A stretch of DNA of 64,000 bases from Thermostichus sp. DRC_bins_24 (GTDB lineage: Bacteria > Cyanobacteriota > Cyanobacteriia > Thermostichales > Thermostichaceae). Position 1 is the first letter of the stretch; each line of letters begins with the position of its first letter. A program made the translations under genes and the position numbers. The notes under the pieces were generated by a model. That model saw only the letters and a program-made list of their open reading frames with translations. It was not told the origin of the DNA and did no database searches. Below are positions 48,582 to 56,667 of the stretch, piece after piece. The stretch covers positions 1 to 64,000 of the forward strand of contig JAUQVK010000077.1 of assembly GCA_039794845.1 (NCBI GenBank). The letters are read 5' to 3'.

Positions 48582-48632
48582 AAACTAACGTGTAAAAACT
48601 AAAGTGTATCGCCCTTGCTTGGAATGACAATA
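48531..48632 (-). mobile_element. Chimeric MITE remnant (family B end plus family A end)
   Basis: TACAGCCCTT at 48531; the reverse complement of 48601-48632 is TATTGTCATTCCAAGCAAGGGCGATACACTTT, matching the family A left end. Confidence 0.6.
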
Positions 48633-48702
48633 AGCCGGGCAATCTTCTCAGCCTGACGTCGAGCGCTATACTCAAGGCCTGGGATCCCAGGAAGCATTAA
48701 GT

Positions 48703-49212
48703 ATGTCAGATCCGAATCAGGAGATCAAAGACCTCATCCTGGCCTTAGACAAAAAGCTGGATGGACTCGATCGTAAGTTTGAAAATCAGATTACAGAAGT
48801 TAAGAGCGAGATCCGCCTCGTTAAGACCGAGCTCCACGGTGAGATCAACCTGGCCCGAGCCGAGCTCGAGGCCAAAATTGACCTTACCCGGAATGAGCTC
48901 GAGGCCAAAATTGACCTTACCCGGAATGAGCTCGAGGCCAAAATTGACCTTACCCGGAATGAGCTCGAGGGCAAGATTGACCTTACCCGGAATGAGCTCG
49001 AGGGCAAGATTGACCTTACCCGGAATGAGCTCGAGGCCAAAATTGACTTGGCCCAGAGCGGCCTAGAGGGCAAAATCGCCGAGCTGAGCGGCAAAATGGA
49101 TGGCTACGGCAAACGGCTAGACCAGCAGGAGTTTGTTAGCCGAGGTGCCATCGTTGCGCTTGTGGTGGGGGTGGCCTCTGGTTTTATCAAGTATCTGTTT
49201 TTCTCCTCTTGA
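48703..49212 (+). CDS. Membrane-anchored coiled-coil protein with 11-aa repeats (DUF1640/CCDC90-like architecture)
   Basis: ELE(A/G)KIDLTRN repeats and a C-terminal TM (GAIVALVVGVASGFIKYLFF). Confidence 0.75.
   Translation: MSDPNQEIKDLILALDKKLDGLDRKFENQITEVKSEIRLVKTELHGEINLARAELEAKIDLTRNELEAKIDLTRNELEAKIDLTRNELEGKIDLTRNELEGKIDLTRNELEAKIDLAQSGLEGKIAELSGKMDGYGKRLDQQEFVSRGAIVALVVGVASGFIKYLFFSS
48862..49049 (+). repeat. 33-bp coding tandem repeat, 5 full units plus a partial
   Basis: GAGCTCGAGG(C/G)CAA(A/G)ATTGACCTTACCCGGAAT at 48862, 48895, 48928, 48961 and 48994, partial at 49027. Confidence 0.95.
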
Positions 49213-49334
49213 GCGGCTGGCTCGGTTTTGCAGCTGGATTCGGCTGTGAATGAGCGGTTCTGTTGCGGCAGGGATCCCTAGACTTTGCCCCTGTGTGTTC
49301 TAGTCTGGATCCCGAACGCAATTGCGAGTGCTTC

Positions 49335-51014
49335 ATGCTAGACGGGATCCCGTTGGCCGGTTTCGACCTTAATCTCTGCCCTCATCTCCTGGCTACCCTG
49401 GCGGAATCCGAGGCACTGGATACGCTGGAGTCGGAGGTGATCAAAACCAACCTGGAGCGGTTTCTGCTGGTGCTGACCGTTTCCTTGAGTGTAGCCACCT
49501 TACCGCAGGTGTTCCGTTGGGTGCGGCAAATCCCCTACACCCTGCTGCTGGTGATCGTGGGTGCGGCCTTGGCGCTGGTGGATGTGCGGTTGGTGAATCT
49601 TTCGCCGGAGCTGATCCTGACGATTTTCCTGCCTCCATTGTTGTTTGAGGCGGCCTGGAACCTGAAGTGGGGAGATCTGCGGCGGGATCTGTTCCCCATT
49701 ACCCTATTCGCGGTGGTGGGGGTGATCATCTCGGTGCTGGGCATTGGGCTGGGGTTGTGGCATTGGGCTGGGATCCCGTTGTCGCTGGCGCTGTTGATTG
49801 GAGCTAGCTTATCTGCTACCGATCCGGTTTCGGTAATCGCCCTGTTTCGGGAACTGGGTGTAGGGGAACGCATCAAAACCCTGATGGAAGGGGAAAGCCT
49901 GTTCAACGATGGCGTGGCGGTGGTGGCTTTTGGCCTGTTGGTCGGGATCCCTTTGGGCATTGAAACCTTCGATCTACAGGTGACGGTGCTGCGGGTCTTT
50001 ACCGTGGTGGGGATCGGCGTCGGCATGGGGGCGCTGGTGGGGTTTGGCATTTCCTACTTGACCCAGCGTTTTGATCTGCCTTTGGTGGAACAATCCCTGA
50101 CCTTAATTGCTGCCTATGGCACCTATTTGGTGGTGGAGGAATTGGGAGGGTCAGGAGTTATCGGGGTGGTGACAACGGGGTTAATTTTGGGCAACTTTGG
50201 ATCCCGAATTGGTATGAATCCTCGTACTCGTTTGATTGTCAGCGAGTTTTGGGAATTCCTTGCATTTTTTGTCAATTCCATTGTGTTTTTGTTAATCGGT
50301 GATCAGATTCAATACAGCATCCTAGGAGAGAACTTGATCCCCATTGGGGTAGCGATTGTGGCGATGGTGGGATCCCGCGCCCTTTCTACCTATGGGTTAA
50401 GCAGTTTTTGCAATCTCACGGTCTTATCTGCAAAAGGGCTGTCTGCATCTGAGGGAAAGGGATCCCAGTCCGCCAGAGTCATTGGCTGGAAAGAGCAGAC
50501 GGTGCTGTGGTGGGGAGGGTTGCGCGGATCCGTCTCCATTGCCTTGGCCTTGAGCGTGCCCGAATCCTTGCCCGGTCGAGAGGCGATCATCGCCACTGTA
50601 TTTGGGGTGGTTCTTTTCACCCTCTTGGTGCAGGGGCTGACGGTGAAACCTCTCCTAGTGGCCTTAGACCTTTTGGGAGATCAACCCCTTAAACAGGAGT
50701 ACATGGAAAAGGTGGCTCGCCGCGCCGCTCTACAACGGGTTTTGGAACATTTGATCCGGATTGATGGGCGTGTAGCAGTGGAGGCGGATTTTTACCAGTA
50801 CCAAAAAGCATTGGTAGAAGGCGGGATCCGCGATTTGGAAGAAGAAATCAGCACTCTGCAAAGTCAACATCCACAACTCAAAGACTTCGCTGCCGAACAA
50901 CTGCGGGAAGAACTCCTTGCCATCGAAGCGGATACCTATGCCGAATATGTCCGTTCTGGGCAACTGAATCAAGAATTAGCCCCGTTCCTGCAGGAGGTGC
51001 TGCGACAAGCCTGA
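49335..51014 (+). CDS. CPA1/NhaP-type Na+/H+ antiporter
   Basis: FLPPLLFEAA, LSATDPVSV, EGESLFNDG and GGLRGSVSIALA motifs. Confidence 0.92.
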   Translation: MLDGIPLAGFDLNLCPHLLATLAESEALDTLESEVIKTNLERFLLVLTVSLSVATLPQVFRWVRQIPYTLLLVIVGAALALVDVRLVNLSPELILTIFLPPLLFEAAWNLKWGDLRRDLFPITLFAVVGVIISVLGIGLGLWHWAGIPLSLALLIGASLSATDPVSVIALFRELGVGERIKTLMEGESLFNDGVAVVAFGLLVGIPLGIETFDLQVTVLRVFTVVGIGVGMGALVGFGISYLTQRFDLPLVEQSLTLIAAYGTYLVVEELGGSGVIGVVTTGLILGNFGSRIGMNPRTRLIVSEFWEFLAFFVNSIVFLLIGDQIQYSILGENLIPIGVAIVAMVGSRALSTYGLSSFCNLTVLSAKGLSASEGKGSQSARVIGWKEQTVLWWGGLRGSVSIALALSVPESLPGREAIIATVFGVVLFTLLVQGLTVKPLLVALDLLGDQPLKQEYMEKVARRAALQRVLEHLIRIDGRVAVEADFYQYQKALVEGGIRDLEEEISTLQSQHPQLKDFAAEQLREELLAIEADTYAEYVRSGQLNQELAPFLQEVLRQA

Positions 51015-51065
51015 GCTTCATCTGCAATTGAACATTGCCCATCCTCTGCTGCAGACATCCCCAAA

Positions 51066-51173
51066 TACAGCCCTTGCGCGGGTTTTCTGCAGCAAGGATT
51101 GTGCTTCCTCAGCCTTCTAGAGAGAGGATCCTAACTCCCACAGTTGTTATACGTGACTAGCGAAAGGGCTGTA
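51066..51173 (+). mobile_element. MITE family B copy
   Basis: TACAGCCCTT / AAGGGCTGTA ends. Confidence 0.8.
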
Positions 51174-51246
51174 CCTAACACAGGCCCTTTTGGCAGTTGG
51201 GTGCATTGCATGGCGTTGTTAAGCGGTTGTGCATTCAAATCGCATT

Positions 51247-51283
51247 TACGGCCCTTGCGCGGGTCTTCTACAGCAGGGCTGTA
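51247..51283 (+). mobile_element. MITE family B minimal 37-bp derivative
   Basis: TACGGCCCTTGCGCGGGTCTTCTACAGCAGGGCTGTA. Confidence 0.65.
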
Positions 51284-51402
51284 GAGCGAACCACCTTGGG
51301 CTGCATTGAAGAACCTGTCATTGGACTTTACACTTTGCTCCCTGCATTGATGGTCATTCAGGATAATTTGTTGAACTGTTGAACGCACTCAATTCACAAG
51401 AC

Positions 51403-52692
51403 CTATTGGGAAGTCGTGTGTTGCTGTTCGTGCCCTCCTGTGCCCGTTGGGCCGCCTGGGGCGAACAGGGGAGTATAGCTCTTACGGTGCCTTGATGCAG
51501 AGCTGCTGAACTCGTTGGCAAAAGAAACAGGGGTGAAATGGAATTGATAGCCCTCTGCCACAGCAGGCTGGATCCCATCACTGGGGGCACTGGAAACCAG
51601 CCCACTTAACCCCAACACCAGATCTCGCAAGCCCCGCCGAAATTGGGGATCCCCGGTCAGCTCATCGATATCCGCCGTGATTTTCTGGGTGTTTTGAAAG
51701 GTGACGCGGGCAGAATCGAGGGTTTGGCGCAGGGTGGCCATGGTGCCCGGATCGTTAAGATTGGCAGATAGTTGCCGCAGATCGTCGGTGGCCTGAGCCA
51801 CATTCCCAGAGGCGATACGCACATCCGCCACAATCTGCTGCACATCTGCGTGCAATTGGGGATCCGTTATCAAGGGGCGCACTGCGCTGGAGATAGCCTG
51901 TAGGTCCTCGCTGACCTGTTGCACATTTTCCACAGAAGCATTGAGGGAAGTGCGGTTTTGTTCCACAAGAGCGGTTAGCTCATCGGCAGCCGATTGAAAG
52001 CTTTGGGCCGTTTGCCGAACAGAACCGGCAGCCTCTTGGATGGCGGTGGCAGCGGCGGTGAACTGGGACAGATCGAGATCTTCGGTGCGAATGGCGGAGA
52101 CGCGATCTTCTACGGTTTCGGAGAGATCGGCCACGCTGTTGGCCACGCGGGTGATCCCTTCTAGGGTGGAGTTGAGGTTATTGAACAGCTGGTCGTCGTT
52201 GACCCGCGTGATGAGCCGATCCATCTGGATGAGCAACTGGCCAAAATCTACGCCAGGGGTTCCTTCCACCACATCCCCATCACAGACGATTTGGTTGCTG
52301 TTGCAATCTTCCGCCAAAGGGGATCCCGTCAGGGCCTGCTCGCCACCAGCATTGCGGGGCAAAATATCCATCACGGTTTCCCCCACCAACCCCGTTTGGC
52401 TGGTGAAGAAGATGGCATCGCGGGGAATGGCCAAGGGCTGATCGACGGCCACCTGTACCTCCACCAGGGCAAGCTGGGGCAAAATGCGCTCTACCCTGCC
52501 CACATTCACCCCCCGCAGCCGCACGCTGGAGCCCTCGGCAAGTCCGGCCACGTTCGTGTAGGTGACGGTAAACCGAAAGCCCTGGCTGCCAAAGCGCAAA
52601 TTGTAAATCCACAGGAATAGGCCCGCAAAGCCCAAGGCTCCCGCCAGGATCAAGAGCCCCACCGCCCCTTCTCGTACTGCCCGTGAACGCAT
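51403..52692 (-). CDS. MlaD/MCE family protein (Ycf22/TGD2-like)
   Basis: N-terminal TM, AGLAEGSSVRLRGVNVG and GLVGET motifs, then a long helical tail. Confidence 0.88.
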   Translation of the reverse strand: MRSRAVREGAVGLLILAGALGFAGLFLWIYNLRFGSQGFRFTVTYTNVAGLAEGSSVRLRGVNVGRVERILPQLALVEVQVAVDQPLAIPRDAIFFTSQTGLVGETVMDILPRNAGGEQALTGSPLAEDCNSNQIVCDGDVVEGTPGVDFGQLLIQMDRLITRVNDDQLFNNLNSTLEGITRVANSVADLSETVEDRVSAIRTEDLDLSQFTAAATAIQEAAGSVRQTAQSFQSAADELTALVEQNRTSLNASVENVQQVSEDLQAISSAVRPLITDPQLHADVQQIVADVRIASGNVAQATDDLRQLSANLNDPGTMATLRQTLDSARVTFQNTQKITADIDELTGDPQFRRGLRDLVLGLSGLVSSAPSDGIQPAVAEGYQFHFTPVSFANEFSSSASRHRKSYTPLFAPGGPTGTGGHEQQHTTSQ

Positions 52693-53552
52693 CACACCTG
52701 CCCCGCCACTTGAATTGGCCCATCCACACTACCGCTGAAGAACTGCCGCACAAAGGGATTGTCGCAGGTTTCAATCTGCTGTACGGATCCCTGCCATTGC
52801 ACCTGCCCTTGCGCCAACAGCACGATGCGATCGGTGGCTCGCCAAATGGTGCTGTGCTGGTGCGTGACGACGATATAGCTCTCGCAGGCCTTTTTCACCC
52901 GTTGCAGATCGCGGATCAGATCTTCAATCACCGTGGAGGCAATCGGATCCAAGCCTGCGGTAGGTTCGTCGTAGAGCAACAGTTGCGGCTCATCCTGAGG
53001 TAAGGAGGGATCCTCCATAATGGCGCGGGCAAAACTGGCCCGTTTGCGCATCCCCCCGGAGAGTTCTTCTGGCAATTGCTGCTCCTTGCCCGCCAACCCC
53101 ACCGCCTCTAGCTTAGCGGCCACCAATTCTCGAATGCGAGAGCGGGACAAACGCGAGTGTTCGTAGAGCAAGAAGCCGACATTTTCCTCCACCGTTAGGG
53201 AGTCGAACAGGGCCGCCTGCTGAAACACCATGCCCACCCGTAGGGGAGGGGTTTGATGTTGGGCTTGAATCTCTGGCAGAGGGATCCCGCACCAAAACAC
53301 TTCTCCAGAGTCCGGTTCTGTCAGGCCCGCAATAATGCGCAGCAGGGTCGATTTACCGGTTCCGGAAGGCCCCACCAAGCCCAGCGCTTCGCCGCGATGC
53401 ACCTTCAAATCCACCTTGTCGAACACCACCGTCGAGCCAAAGCGTTTGGAAACCTGGCGCAACTCCACCAAAGGAACAGTCCCCGCAGCTTGTTCTGAGG
53501 GCTGCAGGTTTTCCACCGTCGAGGAATGGATGGGTTGGCTGCGACCGTTCAT
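52692..53552 (-). CDS. MlaF/TGD3-like ABC ATP-binding protein
   Basis: GPSGTGKST, ELSGGMRKR and LLYDEPTAGLDP motifs; adjacent to the MlaD gene. Confidence 0.88.
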   Translation of the reverse strand: MNGRSQPIHSSTVENLQPSEQAAGTVPLVELRQVSKRFGSTVVFDKVDLKVHRGEALGLVGPSGTGKSTLLRIIAGLTEPDSGEVFWCGIPLPEIQAQHQTPPLRVGMVFQQAALFDSLTVEENVGFLLYEHSRLSRSRIRELVAAKLEAVGLAGKEQQLPEELSGGMRKRASFARAIMEDPSLPQDEPQLLLYDEPTAGLDPIASTVIEDLIRDLQRVKKACESYIVVTHQHSTIWRATDRIVLLAQGQVQWQGSVQQIETCDNPFVRQFFSGSVDGPIQVAGQV

Positions 53553-53667
53553 CCTGTTGTGCTTTGCCCAGCGCTTTTACCGTCAGGATGCCTCCCTTAC
53601 CCGCCAGTCTAGGGATCCCTGGGGAGCAATGCAACGCGGAATTGGGCAGAGATCCCCGGGTAAGGGG

Positions 53668-54534
53668 CTAGTCCGGCTGTAGCTCTGGGGTGGGGTCTCG
53701 GTCGGAAACCGGGCCAAACCCAGAAGGGATTCGCCCCTCCGGGTGCAGCTCGTTCGCGCCAGCGGTGCGGAGCCCATTGAGGGTGGGCACCGGCATCTCC
53801 AATTGTTCATCCTCCTCTTGTTCATTCTCCTCCGGATCGGACGGATCGGATCCCATGCGCCGCGAAAATCCCCAAACAAACAGGGGAATCACCGCGAGCA
53901 TTACCCCCCACTCGGGGATCTCAATCTGCGGGAAAAACACCTCAAACAGCATCGTGCCCCCCACTAGGGCGATGATGGCAAACGCGGCATCTTCTAGGCG
54001 AGAAAACTCATCCAGCCAGCGCAAAAACAACGAGGCCATGTAGCGCATGAGGGTAATGCCGAGAATGCCCCCGAGGATGATCACCCAAGCCTTGCGAGAG
54101 ACGGCGACGGAAGCGGCGATGCTATCGAAAGAAAACACCAAATCCGTCAACTCCACCATGATCAGGGTTTGCCAAAAATTGGCATGGCGGGTGATGTCCT
54201 GTTCTTCCCCTTCTTCTTCCCCACGAAAGTGTTGCCAAGCTAGCCAAAGCAGATAGCAAGCCCCAAAAAACTGGGCAGGCGGATACTCCACCAACCAAAC
54301 TGCTGCAAAGATGATGGCGATGCGAAAGCCATAGGCCCCGACAATACCCCAGCGCAGGGCGCGGTTCTGTTGTTGGGGGGTGGGCAAATGCTTAACCAAC
54401 GCGGCGAGGGCAACGGCATTATCGGCAGACAGGGCTGCCTCCAAAAACACCAAAGCCCCCACCAAAAAGACATCTGTCCAGGTAAAAGTGTGAACGATCC
54501 CTTGGACAAAAGCCACCATCGCATCCATTGACAT
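53668..54534 (-). CDS. TerC family membrane protein
   Basis: LEAALSADNA and VELTDLVFSFDSI motifs. Confidence 0.9.
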   Translation of the reverse strand: MSMDAMVAFVQGIVHTFTWTDVFLVGALVFLEAALSADNAVALAALVKHLPTPQQQNRALRWGIVGAYGFRIAIIFAAVWLVEYPPAQFFGACYLLWLAWQHFRGEEEGEEQDITRHANFWQTLIMVELTDLVFSFDSIAASVAVSRKAWVIILGGILGITLMRYMASLFLRWLDEFSRLEDAAFAIIALVGGTMLFEVFFPQIEIPEWGVMLAVIPLFVWGFSRRMGSDPSDPEENEQEEDEQLEMPVPTLNGLRTAGANELHPEGRIPSGFGPVSDRDPTPELQPD

Positions 54535-54535
54535 A

Positions 54536-54748
54536 TCAGCGCGTTTTATCCATCACAGTCGGTCGAAAAACGGGCGCCCTCCCCCCGGCCCCTCTCCAAA
54601 AGAAGGCAACCGCAACGAGGTACCCCACATCATGCCACCTCAAAGCCCGCAGGGGGTAGTTGAAGTGGGCCAGAGCCTGGCCCACGAAGATGTAAAAATC
54701 CCTCAGCTCCGCCAACGCGAACACCCCAAGGGATAGAGAAGAGGCCAT
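54536..54748 (-). CDS. Possible small hypothetical protein
   Basis: 70-aa ORF that fills the gap between larB and terC on the same strand and ends 2 bp before the terC start. No motif recognised. Confidence 0.4.
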   Translation of the reverse strand: MASSLSLGVFALAELRDFYIFVGQALAHFNYPLRALRWHDVGYLVAVAFFWRGAGGRAPVFRPTVMDKTR

Positions 54749-54806
54749 GGGAACGGGAGATATGGCCCGAGTATAACCTGTCCGGCTCAGAATTGATTTA
54801 CATTAC

Positions 54807-55622
54807 TTAACCTTTGCCGGAATCTTTGCTGGGGCCAGATGGATGCAGTCGCGCCGCTAGGTGTTGCCCACAGCGCAGGATCTGTCCCGCCAGAATCGCT
54901 GCCCCAAACCCATTGTCGATGTTCACCACCCCTACCCCTGCTGCACAGGAGTTGAGCATGGTGAGTAGGGCGGCCAACCCCTGAAAGCTGGCCCCGTAAC
55001 CAATGCTGGTGGGTACAGCGATCACCGGACAGTCTGCTAAGCCCGCCACCACACTGGCCAAGGCTCCCTCCATGCCCGCCACCACGATTAGCACATCCGC
55101 CTGCAGAGCCGCTCGGTTTTGCAACAGGCGATGGATTCCCGCTACCCCCACATCCCAAAGGCGCTTCACCTGAAACCCGGAGAGCTCTGCGGTGAGGGCC
55201 GCTTCTTCCGCCACCGGCAGATCGGCGGTTCCGGCGGAGATCACACTCAATTGGCCGGGGTGGGCGATGGCCTCCGGGCGTGGGATCCAACAGAGACGGG
55301 CCATGGGAGAATACTGCACCTGCGGCAGCTGTTGGGCGATCTGGGCGTGTACTGAGGCTTCGATGCGGGTGGCCAAGGCCAGGGATCCCCGTTGGTGCAA
55401 ATGCTCCAGGATTTGGGCGATCTGCTCTGGGGTTTTGCCCGGCCCCCATACCGCCTCGGGAAAGCCTGTGCGCAGAGAACGGTGGTGATCCACATGGGCG
55501 AAGTCTCCCACCGGCTCGAAGGGCAAGAAGCGATAGGCTTGCAGGGCTTGGTCTGGGGAAAGCTCCCCTTGAGCCACCGCCTGCAGCAGCTCCCGCAGCG
55601 CTTTGGGAGAAGTGGGGTTCAT
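54807..55622 (-). CDS. larB: LarB/CpmA (PurE-like) protein
   Basis: DHHRSLRTGFPE, AGTADLPVAEEA, DVGVAG, AGMEGAL and NIDNGFGAA motifs. Confidence 0.9.
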   Translation of the reverse strand: MNPTSPKALRELLQAVAQGELSPDQALQAYRFLPFEPVGDFAHVDHHRSLRTGFPEAVWGPGKTPEQIAQILEHLHQRGSLALATRIEASVHAQIAQQLPQVQYSPMARLCWIPRPEAIAHPGQLSVISAGTADLPVAEEAALTAELSGFQVKRLWDVGVAGIHRLLQNRAALQADVLIVVAGMEGALASVVAGLADCPVIAVPTSIGYGASFQGLAALLTMLNSCAAGVGVVNIDNGFGAAILAGQILRCGQHLAARLHPSGPSKDSGKG

Positions 55623-55657
55623 GGAGGGTTCGTTCAAGCTGCTACCTGCTACCCCAC

Positions 55658-56554
55658 CTATTTGGCCAAGGCCCCGCGGGGGAAAAACAACACCGGATGC
55701 CAACTCCGCCGCAGGATGTCGCCGGTCAAGCTGCGGACCGACCACTCCCAAAAGCTGCCCACATTGGGAGAGGCGGTGGCAATGGCGGTCATATCTTCGT
55801 CGGCTGCGGTGGCCAAGATCTCTTTCAAAGGGGATCCCACCCGCACCAAGAGGCGTAACTGCACAGGATGAACCTGTTTGAGCAGCGGTTGAATCACCTG
55901 GGCCAGATCCGCCTCGGCTTTGCGCTTGAGCACTTCCACATCGGATCCCTGGTTGCGGCGGGCGCTGGGATCGATGACGTAAAGCAGAGTAACCGTCTGG
56001 CACTGGGAGGTATTGGGCAGCAGATGGCTGAGATGCTTCAGCAGTTGTTGGCGTGGCTCTTCAAAGTCAAAGGGCACCAAAATGCAGCGAAACAGGTGGC
56101 GGCTACGCAGGCGCAATTCTTCGAGGGTAAAGGTGGCGATCAACTGCGGGCGCATCACCATCACCGGGATCTTCAGCCGCGGCAACAGGCCAATGGTGGT
56201 ACTGCCAAACAGTTTTTCCGCCAGCAAGTTGTGGGTATCCATGCCCGTGATCAGCAGATCAGAGCCGTATTGTTGGATCCCTTTCAGGATCAAATCTACC
56301 GGCTTGCTCACCTGTACCAACGCCTTAACGTCCAACCCCGCCGGAATGTCGCTCAGCAGCTCCTGTAACTCTGCCTGTTGAGCCTGTATCTCAGGAGTAA
56401 TGTCCTCAGGAATGCCGATGCTGTCATCCTGCCAGGCAACGCTGTGGACAAAGGCGATCCGCTCGATGCCGCTGCTGTGTAGATCTTCCAAGCACTTGCC
56501 GAAACGCTGTAAGCCATCCTGGCGATCGGTAGCGATTAACAGGTTCTTGAACAT
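55658..56554 (-). CDS. Tandem universal stress protein
   Basis: MFKNLLIATD...LFGSTT...PVMV and a second ILVPFDF...PVLFFP domain. Confidence 0.85.
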   Translation of the reverse strand: MFKNLLIATDRQDGLQRFGKCLEDLHSSGIERIAFVHSVAWQDDSIGIPEDITPEIQAQQAELQELLSDIPAGLDVKALVQVSKPVDLILKGIQQYGSDLLITGMDTHNLLAEKLFGSTTIGLLPRLKIPVMVMRPQLIATFTLEELRLRSRHLFRCILVPFDFEEPRQQLLKHLSHLLPNTSQCQTVTLLYVIDPSARRNQGSDVEVLKRKAEADLAQVIQPLLKQVHPVQLRLLVRVGSPLKEILATAADEDMTAIATASPNVGSFWEWSVRSLTGDILRRSWHPVLFFPRGALAK

Positions 56555-56667
56555 AGGTAGGAAAGAGGCGGCAGCAGGCCGCTGCGGTTGCATACGGCTA
56601 GGCTAACATCTGGCGGGGCTGCCCCCAGCTTGAAAACGGGGTCGGGATCCGCCTCTGAATGGGCCTC

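Noticed and set aside
48862..49049. 33-bp repeats as a CRISPR array
   Set aside because: The units are contiguous with no spacers, are in frame within a CDS, and have no cas genes nearby.
51131..51388. 85-aa and 61-aa ORFs between the antiporter and mlaD
   Set aside because: They span MITE-B copies, with no RBS or motif.
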